Shown: positions 14,508 to 26,742 of the stretch, piece by piece
How positions within the stretch are numbered: position 1 is the first letter of the stretch
Layout of the letters: every line of letters begins with the position of its first letter
NCBI GenBank assembly: GCA_011109175.1
Contig: RDEW01000020.1
Location: 676,514-740,513 of the forward strand
DNA from: Dicyema japonicum
Taxonomy: Eukaryota > Animalia > Dicyemida
Direction: 5' to 3'
DNA: 64,000 bases
Notes under the pieces: generated by a model
What the model was told of the DNA's origin: nothing
Database searches by the model: none
What the model saw: the letters and a program-made list of their open reading frames with translations, nothing else
Made by a program: the position numbers and the translations under genes

Positions 14508-15320
14508 TCAATTATTGTATTCTGACCAATGGCCATATTGCATTTGCCATTGATATTGGTTTTCCCACGTTTGATAATCAAAATCTCCCCAATTATAAGG
14601 ATATAATTGTAAAGGATAGCGAGGCCATCTTTGTGTAATTTTCTTAGCAGACAAAGGTTGTGCTAATTTACATTCAACCTAATATTATATAAATAATACT
14701 TTCTTTCCATTAATAATAACATATCTTTCCATACATAATCTATTAACAGGCTCCTTGGAATCAAAGGTGACAAACCCAAATCCTCTATGTCTCTCCTTAT
14801 TAGGGTCCATCATTAATACACATTCAACCACCTATTTATTATATTTACTTTACATTTCCATAGTAACTAAAATAATTCTTTATTGATTCATCATTACAAT
14901 TGGCAGGTAATCCACCTATAAATATCTTTAAATCATTATCCTTTGTATCCTAACATATTATTACTCGTTACCTTCCCACGTGGATTACACACTTTTGCAT
15001 CAACAATCTTACCGTCTATTATGTGATCCATTGTGTTTAATACTCTCTGAACTGCTCCTTGAGAGTCAAATGTTACAAATCCGAATCCACGTGACTGTCC
15101 TGTCTCTCCATTTGTCATCACTACTGACTCCAACACTTCGCCAAATCGGGAAAAGTACATCTTTAGTGACTCTAATAATTCTATATTTTTAACTACCGTT
15201 GTTAGTAGGTGGAGCTAACCCCCCAACAAATATTTTTCTAATTAAGTTTATTTAAGTTTAATTTATTATCTAAACTAATCTTTACCTTCTTTCATCATTA
15301 TTTTGGGGTACACACTGCAT
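14508..15320 (-). CDS. DAZAP1: DAZAP1/Hrb27C (Hrp48)-like hnRNP, two RRMs, 224 aa
   Basis: KIFVGGLA, SRGFGFVTF, HIIDGKIVDAKVCNPR, KIFIGGLP, HRGFGFVTF, ERYVIINGKK|VECKLAQP, then a short W/Y/Q-rich tail. Introns are 48, 25, 22, 22 and 21 nt; 813-138=675 nt, in frame, TGA stop. Confidence 0.88.
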
Positions 15321-16299
15321 CGATGACTATTGTATTATTATTTAAATTAATTATTTTTATTTTATTAATAATTTAATAATTCTTTTTATTATTTCTCTAA
15401 CCACACAGACTTACATAATTTTAGCCAAATAAGATTTCTGACAGACTGACACAATTTTAACAAAATAAGAACCCATATCATTAGTGTGTATATTCGTCCT
15501 TTAGTTAAGTTGTTATTTCATCCATACATAATTTGAATTTATATCTACTATAAATACACTACGCATACTATAACAGCATCAAAGTGTTAGTTATTAACTA
15601 AGCATCACAGTGTATCATAAATAGATTAGCTAAGCATCAGAGTGTATCATAGATTGGTCACCAACCTTGTTTCCTTTAATATATATAACAATTAAATTGT
15701 GGATTGTAATAATTGCTATATTTGTAGGGAGTTAATTGTAAACTGAGGTTACTCTTTCCTTCCTTCCCATAGGAATAATAATCAGAACAATTTCCACAAG
15801 TTGATTTGAAACAGAGATGAAATCTTAACCTGAAACCTTAATTCTGTGTATGTGCTCAACCACTATACTTATCATGAATACGACATCTTAATACCTCAGG
15901 TCGTGTGGTCCAAAAGCGAGAGCTTTCCTTGTCAACACTTCTATATTTAGAAGTTAGAAATCCGTCAATTGTTTCCCAAATGTAATTTATTTGTTTTGAT
16001 TACTCACAGGATCCCTACCTCCCGAAACAAATAGTCTTTTTATGGCCATCTTTACATCTTGAAGAAATAATTCTTCCCTCACATAAGAACCGTCTGAAAA
16101 TAAAACTTACCAATACTCATTCGGGAATATGATTGTCACAATTCACCATTAGCTTGTGATATAGCCATAAACGGGAAAAAGCATGAACCGAATACTACTC
16201 GAAATGTGCAGTGTTACAAGTACAAGACATAAAGTTATACTCTCAATGATAACTGTTCTTTAATCTAAAATAAAGTTTGTGTGCCTGTCTTTGTATAGC

Positions 16300-16700
16300 T
16301 GTAAGTATTATGGATATAGTGAAAGAGATATTTACTAGTCGACATACTGGTAAAAGACATGTGTATGACCAGGTGGTTAATGCTGTCGTATGCGTCGCGG
16401 TTAATTGTGGGTTCGATTTAAAGTCTAAAATACCACTTAATTATTTTGTGTATAAAAATACCACCCAATTGAACAATTACTTCACCACTTGAATAAATAT
16501 TGTTTGATGCAAGGGGTTAATAAATTGGGGAAGAGACATATGGTGTCTCATTATGGAAAACCCCGAACTCTCCTTGTTTAATCAGTCTCTAGTGATAGAT
16601 TGTTTCAAATAAAGAAACAATCAACCGAGGGTTATACTGTAACCACTCAAGTAGCCAACTCACGAAGATCTCCTGTTTGTGTAGGAATCTGATTCCCTAG
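16300..16700 (+). mobile_element. LINE ORF2 C-terminus/3' end (family shared with ~28080-28390 and ~62140-62430)
   Basis: Shared gatttaaagtctaaa(a/t)tacc...caccactt...gatgcaag...gagacata segment in three places. Confidence 0.55.
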
Positions 16701-17399
16701 AAGACCCAGGAATTCCGGTCTTTTCAACGGACTGATTCACCATTTCGAAAATATTAGGGCATTTTTCCATACACGCCTCTAGGATATATCTCTAATGAGA
16801 CTGGTGAAAGCTTTCTGGATGTAAAGTTTGCAAGAACATGTCCCAGGAATCTTCTCTGCTGCTTTATTGGAATGTTCTAACTGAATTAACAATTGCCTTG
16901 AATCATAGACGAACTTCAACTCATACTTGAGTAAGGCTTAACAATTGTGTAATAAAGGGAATTGAACACGTGGAGAACCACTTCGGAAAGCCATTACACT
17001 GCAGGTTGCTTTCCAAATGGTAGGTACTGTACGAGCTGTCCTACGTCATATTTTCCCATTATGTGCGTTTATAATTACTCAAAAGAATATAAATCTTAGG
17101 CTGATTTGCAATACTGTTCTAAACTAAGATAATCTGTCGAATGGAGATGATTTTTACACTCCCTGGGATACGCCATCATTTGCAGCAATGCCCACTATCT
17201 ACTAGCAGTTCGAACACGATTTGTTACTAATGTCTTTGCTTCTGTTTCCGAATACAGATTAACTCGTCTTAATCAAAAATTCATACTCGATTGTTAGTGA
17301 ATCCTTAGCCCGCCCTTACAGTAATCTCATCACTGAATAGTTGAGGTTTCTTCAAGTCATATTTCAGACCACGGAAGTTAAAAATTAATTAAAAATTAA

Positions 17400-18200
17400 A
17401 TCAATTCCAAAGACCACTGTTAAACCGAAAAAAAACTAACCTAAGTGATCCCGACGAATTGGATCAAGGCTCTCATCTTTTCTCGGTGTTGATCCCTTGA
17501 GCCTACACAAGTACGTTGCGGACGAGCACTTTCTTTTGGCATTGGTGTCCATTCTTGTTTTTTTCGATTAGTTTCTCCATGAGCGTCGGTGATTTAATGC
17601 TTTCCCCTGTGTACCATCTCTCCGTTAGCTTGAAAGCCCTTTTCTGGGTTGCGGAGATTTTCTGGATGTTCGCATAAGAGGCCAGTGGTCCCCAAGAAGT
17701 ACACGCATATGAATGCATGGTTCGATGTACTGTGAGTAGAGCATTTTAAGTATAGGGTGATGTCCAATTTTCCATAGACCTGTTAGGCATTTCAGACGGT
17801 TGATTTTTTTTTCACATTTGTTCAGCACGTTGATGACATGTCTTGAAAAGTTCATGTGCGTATCGAAAGTCAGACCCAATATTTTGTGCCATTTGCTGAA
17901 CGGCAATTCTCTTCCCTCCGCAGTAACTTCTATTGTCCTGTTCGACAATCTCTTGTCCGAGGTATAGAGAGTTGTAACAAATTTTTCGGTATTGATTGAC
18001 ATCCGATTCTCATTAAACCACTCGAGTAGTCGATCTATGTGGTGTTGTATTCTTTCCGTCGCTTTTCACAAGGTATGCCAGGAGAACCGAGTCACGAACG
18101 ACCCGCCTGAGCTTTCCAAGGCCCTAATGCTACTAAACGTGCGTGTTGCAGATGGCTTATTCCTTCAGATTTCTCCAACACATTCAAAACCAACCACGTG
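17400..18200 (-). mobile_element. Jockey/I/CR1-type LINE, RT C-terminus and 3' end
   Basis: KILGLTFDTHMNFSRHVINVLNKCEKKINRLKCL...LYSQYIEPCI. The 3' end gggatcacttaggttag is related to 29100-29210 and ~51300-51400. Confidence 0.7.
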
Positions 18201-18403
18201 ATGATAGTCCTCATTTACAGTGAAGTTTTATTCGTTCTGATGTGATTCAGTATAAATAATGGCAAGAATGTCTGTAGAGTATTTAGCAAAATTATGATTC
18301 ATTCATATAATGAATTGAGGAAGTACATTTTTGTGAATTCCTTATATTGATTTACGTAAGTCCTCACCGAATATATAAGCAACTCCCGTCAACTCCAAAC
18401 AAA

Positions 18404-18766
18404 ATGTGTAGTGATAAGGATAAGATAACAAAGAATGAGCACGATTTTGACTTTAATTATATATCACCTGAGGAAGACGACTTTGTAAGCGATAGTGATT
18501 CTGACGATGAGTTCCCCCAGTATTACATAGAAGATTCAGAAATGCAACGAATTCTACAAGATGATGAGCCGTTTATAATATGGAGTGATGATGGGGAATA
18601 CTGGGAGTTGGATGTGATGCTACATATTAACAGCGCTGATGTAATCTCACATATTGAGGAGACGGGATCACAGAAATCCGAAGACTATTGCATAGCTAAT
18701 GAGTCCTTAGAGATGGTCGAAAAATCTAATAATTCAAATAAGTCTGAGTCGGACGAAAAAGAATAA
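18404..18766 (+). CDS. Orphan acidic ORF (120 aa); may be the last exon of a spliced gene
   Basis: Open, very D/E-rich frame followed by an AT-rich tract like those after the host genes. A 24-nt gtaagt...ataag intron-like unit lies just upstream (18356-18379). No family recognised. Confidence 0.4.
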   Translation: MCSDKDKITKNEHDFDFNYISPEEDDFVSDSDSDDEFPQYYIEDSEMQRILQDDEPFIIWSDDGEYWELDVMLHINSADVISHIEETGSQKSEDYCIANESLEMVEKSNNSNKSESDEKE

Positions 18767-18829
18767 CTTTATTTATTTATTTAATTTATTTTTTTAAAAT
18801 TAATTGTTAGAAATATTTTAAGAATATTT

Positions 18830-19050
18830 TTTTATTCCTGTTAGACACTGAATGGATTTGGAGTCACCAGCAAATAGTGTCATGAAGGACTATTTCGAAG
18901 CTGACGGACTTCGTTTCAGGGGTCGCCAGAGAAATACTCTCCCGGTTACGCTGGACCATCGGAGAGTGGGGAAATAATTAAAAGACGGGGACGACCTTGA
19001 CGCCTTACGGTACGTTGCCCAGGACAGGGGAAATGGAAGAAATTAATAAC
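18830..19050 (+). mobile_element. RTE-like LINE 3' end
   Basis: FRGRQRNTLPVTLDH...IKRRGRP pattern, matching RTE C-termini at ~25080-25200, 40860-41340 and 55330-56220. Confidence 0.55.
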
Positions 19051-19779
19051 TCTTATTGTTTCCTGTGCTGCACAAGCTTTGACATGATCCATGGCATCGA
19101 GAAAGTGCTTAATAATAGGCACTTGTTTCCTTCACTTGAAAGTACAGGAAGTGCGTATGCCCTTGATTACATAAGTGTTTTCATAATTGAATTCTACATC
19201 GTATAGCATCGCATCGTCTATAGCATCGGCTTGTATATTTTTGTTAAAGTTTTAGGGACGCAGAATCGAGATAAGGAACCTCCATGTGGACACTGCAGGT
19301 AATCTGGAAGTATGTTAGTTTTGTATTTTCCATGGAATAATCCCGCACGCAGTCTGAAATATTTTGACTCTATTTCTCATATAACTGCAAAATACGTGTG
19401 TTCTAGTAATGGCTATTAGTCGTTTGTTGTAATTCCTTCGAGGAACTTCATTAATTTCCTTTGTTTATTATCTTGAAGGCTCACAAAAAGTCTATCAAGT
19501 CACGTTTTGTATTTCAGATACAAGGCTACGAACATCTGCGGTATACCTTCCACCGCGGAATTCACTTGAAAGCTGTCAGGTTTCTGTATTGTACATAATA
19601 ATAACACTTCCAACATGAGTAGGTAATGTTTACAGTACTTAAACCTTACATTTAGGGGAACACACACTTTATTTTGAGAAGTATCTGAGCAGAGAGTTAC
19701 AGGTTTATCTGCGAAGATTAATATGAGAGGCTTCTGAATCAATTTACCAACACCGACGTGCCTGTTAGTCACTGGAAGA

Positions 19780-20320
19780 TGCTAATGGGGTGGCGCTCGG
19801 ATAAATTCCCTCCCGCTCAGTACCGTTGGGACCCACTTTGATGACGATACTGTCCGCACCGGTATCTCCATCAGAATCGGACTGAAGATTTGTCAGACTC
19901 ACAGTTGTCAGTGCGGTAGTTCCGTTGACTGTTATGGACATCAATGCAGGACGATTTTCAAGATATTAAGGCGATCAACGGAATTGTTAATCGAATCCTG
20001 GAGTCTGCTGATACCCCTCCATACTTGAACAAGTTGGCCTGGATAGAGGAGAGGGAAAACAACTGGGAGGAAACACAATTTTTCCATTCGAGGAAAGGAA
20101 GCTTTTGGTATGGGATGCTACCCACATCGACCCCCCTTTGCCCATCCAAAGTTTTCGGGAGCGCGGTAGATACACTGTATGCCACGGAAAAAGCAATGAA
20201 AGCAAGAGAAAAAATACGAAGCGTTGCACGATCGGCTCACGTTCTACCCCATCGTAGTTGAGACAACAGGAGGAATAAGCGAGAATCGCTACGTTCCCTA
20301 AAGAAACTGGGAGGAGTCCC
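19780..20320 (+). mobile_element. CRE-like RLE element fragment
   Basis: gggacccactttgatgacgat...CQTHSCQCG, plus a degenerate WD/TC endonuclease region and LSPIVVET-like end. Confidence 0.65.
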
Positions 20321-21099
20321 TACACTAAAAAGCCACGACGCACGTGAGACACTGTGGCTTCTCTAGTTGATCTCTGTTGAGGCAGTGCAAATCGACAATT
20401 TCGGCGCGGATCACTTTTGATTGATTTTTGTGTTTTTGATAAATAAAAATTTTAAACAAAAAAAGAAGTAAGAAAAGTAATGTTAATCCAAGGCAAATCC
20501 AAAACATTAAATATGTTCCTGACTTCACGTTCTTTTTGTTTGTGTGTGAGTCCCAGAAGACAATCCGGTTCTTCAGCAATGAGACAACCTACTTATTAAT
20601 GAAAAATAACATTTTTGTTCCCACGATGATCTTTCTTACATGTTCTCCTTGTTTCCGCAAGTCTGATTCTCTCTGGAGAGTCTTATCAGATATACGACTA
20701 AAAAAATTCACAAATTCAGATTTGATAGCACTGATTCTAAGGAAATCTCACGATAAAGTTTGGAAGAATTGGTTTGAGGACTCCTGCCGATTTGGGCATT
20801 CCATGCTACCTATTGTCCCTTGCAAGCTTCTGTGCCATGGCCAACTCAATCGCCCCAGATTGAGTCTGGAACTCTGGTTGACAAGATTGTGCAGCGGATA
20901 ACAAGTGGGCTTGGTGTTCCGAAGAACTTAATCTCTCAATAGGTATGAGATGAAATTTTTTTGTGAAAAAGGTAATTGAACTTTAAGGTCCGCATGTCTA
21001 TACTGCGTCTGCTGAGAATTCGGGTCCTGGCTCAATTCCTTTCCGATACGGGTAGTTGGTACTCTGTTTGACGGGAATACAATTCGCTTTGAAGTTATT

Positions 21100-21660
21100 T
21101 TGGCTAGGCTTTGAAATCTGCTAGAACACCGATGCCAATGCAGTTGAATGGTTGACACGAAGAGGCTACATCTGCTGTCATGCAAACGGAGCGCCAGGAG
21201 ATTCACTCGTCACGTCATGTTAAACTCGACAGTCATGAGGGTTATCGAAGACACCAGCTTAACTTGCCTTCTGGAACCAGTCGGTCTTGACAGAGGTAAT
21301 GGCAAGAGGCCGGATGACGTAACAACCATGCAATGGAGCCAATGGAGGTGTCTTACTTGGGATTCAACGTGTACGGACACTTTTTCTAATTGGAATTTGC
21401 TCTAGTCATCGTTGCGCGCGGTTCCGTAGCGAATACTCCTAAAGATTTGAAAAAATGAGCAATTATCGCGGCATTGGAGAACAGTTCGCTTTCTATTCGA
21501 TCTCTGTCGACACGTCTACCGTTATTCGTCTGAGTTCATCAGGTTAATCTGAAGACTCGAATGGCTGTGGAAGGATGAGCCTAGAATGACACTATGGCTC
21601 TTCCCGAACATTGGGCTCACGATAAAGAGTGTAACTCTCATTACGTGCTCAATCCCTGTA
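21100..21660 (+). mobile_element. CRE-like RLE element fragment
   Basis: LEPVGLDRGNGKRPDDVTTMQWSQWRCLTWDSTCTDTFS. Confidence 0.75.
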
Positions 21661-22135
21661 GACTATAACTGAGACCTTGTCATATCAACTAACTTTATTA
21701 TTTAATAAATGTCGAAATTTATAGGAATTCTACTAACATATTAATGACAACCGCAGGTGATCCACGGTAGGCAAAAAGATTGTCAAAGAAACCTTGTCCA
21801 TAACTTAGACTGAGAGTTTCACTTAGATAGTACTCAGAAGCATTGATTTTGAAGTCTGCATCTTAATAATTTGTTTCCCTCAAAGCATAAATGGCTCTAA
21901 CGTTGTGCCGACCAAACCCATACTTCAATTGTTCATTACAGACTTCAAAAAAAGATGAAGAAGTAGGTCCGCCCTCTTCCATTTTCATCGCATGTCTATA
22001 ATTCTCAGGAGGAAGAGTTTTCACAATGGTAATCTCAGTCAGTGTGAAGTAGGTCAGGAATATTTCCAATATAAATAAATATAATAATATTATTTAATAA
22101 ATAAAAATATAAAATTATGTTGTAATAAAGTAACC

Positions 22136-23782
22136 ATGAACACAGCACATTACTATGATGATTTATTTTTGGATGATGTAGAGGATAGTGAAGTAATATT
22201 GAATATATAATGAGATTATGGAAGTATTAAAGAGGCAAATGGGTGACAATCATGAAATAGGCCATTACGACGAGTACATAACAGATAATGTAGTGAATAG
22301 GGATATTTACAGTTTAAACAGTAATAATAATGATAATTAAGTATTACAACAAAAGTATGACAAATTGGAGTGTCTGTATAACAGAAGGGGTGAATTTATT
22401 GACCAATTGAAAGAAGAGGGGAGTAAAAGAGAAGAAGAGTATGAAAGACAAATACGAGAACTGAAACATAAACTATTAATAAGTGAAGGTTATATTAATA
22501 ATAATAAATAGGAGAGAAGGATGGTGTATTAGTGAAATTAGATAATATGCATAAAACTAATGATAGTCTTGTGGAAGACTTAAGAAATAATGAAAGCTTA
22601 TTGGATGATGCTAATAGTAGAATTATAAATATAAGTAACGAAAAATTAAAGGTAGTAAATGACTAAACATATTAGTTGGAAGAGAATGTCTCAATGGCTT
22701 ACGACAATATAAGAATGTTAAATGAGGAGATAATACATTTGTCTTCAAATGACGTCATTTCAAAGATTCAAGCAAAACACCAAATAATGATTAAACAGAT
22801 AAAGCAAGACCTACAAGGACAATAATAATAAAGCCTTTTCACGAGAGCCATAGTATTTTATAGCTCCGCATAGGCAGGACACACACTTTATTTAAGTAAA
22901 GAACAGTTAATTTTAACTAATCGTAGAACCAAGGAATGATCTTCACTTCTTTTTTTTCTTTTCTTGTGTGAGTGTCCTTTCTAGACAAATCCAGTTCCGC
23001 AGTGAGTATTCACTGATGACGGCGTCACTCGTCAAACCATTTCTGCATCGTAGATGCGTGGAACCTTCCACCAGGTGAACAGCAGCGAGATTCGAACCGT
23101 AGCCTAAGCCACTTAAGCCCGGACAAATTGAATATATAATGGATATTAATAATAAAGTATTTTAATTTATTATTTTAATAATAATTTTAAATAAATTATT
23201 ATTAGAATTCACAATTTATTTGTCTAGAGGAAGAATTTGAATTATTAAAGAGGGAAAATATGGCTACAATAAATTCTCTTGTGAGACAACTGGAGAATAG
23301 TAATTTTAATGAAAACATCAAACATGAAAATACAACATAAAAACAATTTAATGATTCTCTACAAAAGGAAATTGCTGATTTGATGCTAAATTCAATTGAT
23401 AAATGTGACAATTGTGATTTGGCAAATAAACAACTTGAAGAATTAAAATATTTATATGAAAATGAATTAAACACATGTAAGGATAAACTACAACGAGAAC
23501 AATCCACAGTCACTCTTTATTTGTCTGAAAAGACTATTTTGGAGGAAGAATTAAAGTATATTATATTTAATATTCAGGAAAGTCTTGTCAAATAACCAGG
23601 AGACTACTGATGATGTTTTGATAATGTTCTATTTATAGGATGAATTATGTCCAATGTGTATTAATAAATTGGAGAAAATAAAGAAATCGTACAATGATAC
23701 ATTAACTAATATCAAAAGTATTTTGTTCTTTATTATCATAGGGGATGTTAGTCACTATATTAATAATATTGATTTTATTTAA
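22136..23782 (+). pseudogene. CEP152: Short CEP152/Asterless-like coiled-coil gene, disrupted
   Basis: Exons joined across 8 GT-AG introns (22, 21, 23, 24, 49, 22, 24, 24 nt). ERQIRELKHKLLISEGEKDGVLVKL resembles human CEP152 [25 protein letters not shown] (from memory), and the N-terminus is acidic. A 298-bp insert with GGACAA duplication interrupts exon 5 and there is an in-frame TAA at 23338-23340. Removing the insert restores frame (1134 nt). Confidence 0.65.
22823..23120 (-). mobile_element. SINE-like retroposon with tRNA-like head and (TTA)n tail
   Basis: Minus strand starts GGGCTTAAG-TGGCTTAG (A-box-like) then GGTTCGAATC (B box), ends in ttattattatt, and is flanked by GGACAA at 22817-22822 and 23121-23126. 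Confidence 0.7.
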
Positions 23783-24599
23783 TGTTTTTTAAAACAAAAA
23801 ATTAAATTCAAAATAAAATTGGTAATGTTTTGTGTGCATTCATGCCAAACCCTAGAAGAGAACAAGATACTAGAGCGCAGACCTCCTGAGATTAGCGCTT
23901 CAGAATTGCTCAGAGTTGAATTTTGTCGTCTACGATGTGGACATCATCTGTCTCTGGCTGGTAGAGTAGATCTGGATCTTTTTGTTTGGTCTGACCACCA
24001 GGGCTCGACGTGAAAGTAATGGATCTCTGGGAGCGTCCTATCTCCAGCTTTCAACCCGGAGCCTGAAAGTCTCCACTGAAAAAATGAGTCGGTGCAGGCC
24101 CCATTAAGAAATCAAGCATTTTCTCCGAGAGAAAGAGAAAACATTACACCGTCCGGGTGCCTTCCATCTCTACGACCCATGCCCACCGATTATAGAGTTA
24201 ACGGGAATACAACCGCCTCAAGAGAGCTTCACAACCTCGTTGATTGTGGCAAGCCTTGGAAACAAATAATTGATTATTAGGCCATGGAAGGTCTTTCTGT
24301 ATTTGATTATTAAAGTCCCCGGAGACGTAAAGTATGGTGGCGTTGTTATTATTTAGACATGGAGGCAGGTTCGAACTTGTTGCGAACGGTCAATTGTGAA
24401 AGACAGGACTGACAAGAAACAGGGGGAAATAGATTGGATTAGTTTCTGGATTATTTGTGCCACGCTTTATTTACCTTAATAAAAATTATTTGAATTCGCC
24501 TAAACGGACGACAGGACAAAATGAATACCTTTTAAATTTTTTATTTAATTACTTCATTTTTTATATTAAAGACAATTATTTAACAAAGAAACAAATACT

Positions 24600-25030
24600 A
24601 GTTAAGGAAGCCGGCTGCGTGGATCGCGAACGAGTTCCCTCGGAGTATGGCCATTCCAATCTTTTGTCTCATCCATAACCCTTCTCGTTGATCCCTTTCG
24701 TTTCTGGAAAACATTCCTCTGAGTTCGCGCAAGAACTCAGCCGTCATTGGACCAACGACTCCAGACCGCAACAAGAGTAAATCGGTACCGGTCCCCGAGG
24801 CAAGAATATTTCTTGATTTTTAGGTTTTCCGCGGTCGAAGCAGCTGCTCCTGGTGTCTGAACCGTTTTGAAAAGATTCGTGCTTGAATATGTGTCAACAC
24901 AAGCTGCGTCCCAGACCAAAGATCTTCCGGATGTGTAAGTGAAAAGGGTCATCCCGTCATGTCTCTTTCCATCTCCTCGATCGAGACCCACTTGTTCAAG
25001 CTGTAATGGGAAGCCTATAGCCGTCAGAGC
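24600..25030 (-). mobile_element. CRE-like RLE element fragment
   Basis: GLDRGDGKRHDGMTLFTYTSGRSLVWDAACVDTYS...AENLKIKKYSCLGDRYRF; same subfamily as 30700-31140 and 41760-41930. Confidence 0.8.
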
Positions 25031-25499
25031 AGCGTGACGTGGTCCTCTTCTGCTACTTCATTCTATTATGCTATGATCGGGGGCCAATTGATGGATGCAA
25101 ACGATCTGGACGAAATCAGGAGGCGAGCGCGACAAAGAAAGGGATGGAGAAGGCTAACGGAAAGGATTATCGAAATATATGGCACAAGCGAAACAATAAC
25201 AGTGTTTACTGGTAACGGGGATGTGCTTTAACTAGCTAACTTCATTTTAGGCACCTGATTATTTATTATTATTAGGCACCTGATTAGGCTAGTAAATTAA
25301 GAAAATTTGACAAGAAAATTACCCACGTGGTTAAGAATCATGTGGACTTATAAATTGAATTTCATTTACAATTAAAATATCTTTCTTTCCTTAATAAAAA
25401 GATTTAATTGAAATATTAAAATAAGAATAAATAAGCTTCGTCGTAGGGGGCAAATTCCAATCGTAGACCCAATATGAAGTATATTTTACATGTTATTTA

Positions 25500-25710
25500 T
25501 GAGGGAGTTTCCCCTCACCTAATGGATCTTAACAGTCATTGACATGTATACTAGGTTGGCTTTTTAAAATACTGCGGAGTTAGAATTCTTGAGTCGTTAG
25601 GGAATCGGATTTCTACAAATCTGGGGATCTCCCCTGAGCGCTGCTAGTTATTTCTCGCTCGTCATTCTGAGAGAGAATAGCCACGAATCTGCTAACAGCA
25701 CATCGTGTAG
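25500..25710 (+). mobile_element. Short CRE-like 3' remnant
   Basis: tatttctcgctcgtcattctgagagagaatagccacg resembles the ISLAILRGNSH end at ~3225-3260. Confidence 0.45.
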
Positions 25711-25889
25711 AGGAAAAATGATAAAAAAGGAAGGAGCTTTATCATTGAGCGCATTTCCCTGAAAATTGTCGGGTGGAAAGGGTTCTCAATTATAAGAGCA
25801 GCCAGTGATTGCTAACTGTTAGTTTTTGTGGAAAGATTAGTTTAATAAATCCTTTTATAGAAAACCATCCTCAATTAGTGACAATGTAG

Positions 25890-26726
25890 TTAAAGTATGA
25901 CTCTAATAATGATTATAGCAATCAGTAAATTCATAATATTATATGCTAAATATATTATAATACTACTTTTTACAATTTTACTTTTATTTCTGGTTGTTAA
26001 TTCTTCAGAATCAATCTCATCATCATCTTGGTCCATAATTCTGATCAAAAATTCATTTTTGTTTATACTTCGAAGACGATGAACTTGGTCACGATTTTAA
26101 AATAATGTCAGATTATTAACAAATGGTCTTAAACGTTTCATTTTTTGGAAAAATATTTTTAAACACACATTTTAATATATCCTAATCTACCATTAACAAA
26201 ATATTTATACTGAATATTCAGTGCTCACTCTAACGTTAAAGTATCACCTCTTATAACACAATTTACTTCACCACTACTATTTAAATTAATTGTTGTATTA
26301 CAGTGATATCACGGTAAACTCAGGATCTCTTTCCACTTCGTTTAAAGTCATAACCTTACTTACAGCCTAAGCATTAATTACACATTTTGACAATTGTAGT
26401 GCTATTATCTTGTCCGGCTAATAGTTAATAAAATAAATTACATTGAAACCAGTATATTGTACATTACAGTGTATGGAGTATACTCATTTTCTTGTAAAGC
26501 TATTAAATTATAAAATATAATACAAATCTCTTTTATTCCTAATAAAATCACTAACAACCAGAACATTTGAATTTTACATAAATTGAATATTTATATGATT
26601 TATTACGTTCTTGGAATTTTACTGCCAACAAGCATTAATGACTTACCTAATAAATTCACATTAATGTAAAATCTAAACAAATAACTTGTCTTTGCAATTT
26701 AGAACATGCATGGAAGTTGAAACCAT
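25890..26726 (-). pseudogene. Unknown intron-bearing gene family, copy A (3' part; 5' part at ~28803-29030)
   Basis: Homologous to copies at ~31190-32210 and ~33990-35010. Contains 20-25 nt GT..AG units (e.g. gtaagtcattaatgcttgttggcag, gtaatttattttattaactattag) separating open stretches, and ends in an acidic stretch plus a hydrophobic segment. Stops and frameshifts are present. Confidence 0.45.
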
Positions 26727-26742
26727 TCTAATCTGAGCGGTC

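Noticed and set aside
23005-23045. Hammerhead ribozyme around CTGATGA in the SINE
   Set aside because: The required GAAA after stem II reads CAAA, and there is no NUH cleavage triplet in register.
21863-26100. Stop-codon reassignment (TAA read as an amino acid), suggested by in-frame TAAs in several frames and by ciliate-like tiny introns
   Set aside because: About 3300 codons of intact conserved genes contain no internal TAA/TAG/TGA, and myosin, Rab27, CFAP20 and KPNB1 terminate at TAA. The in-frame stops occur only in loci with other lesions.
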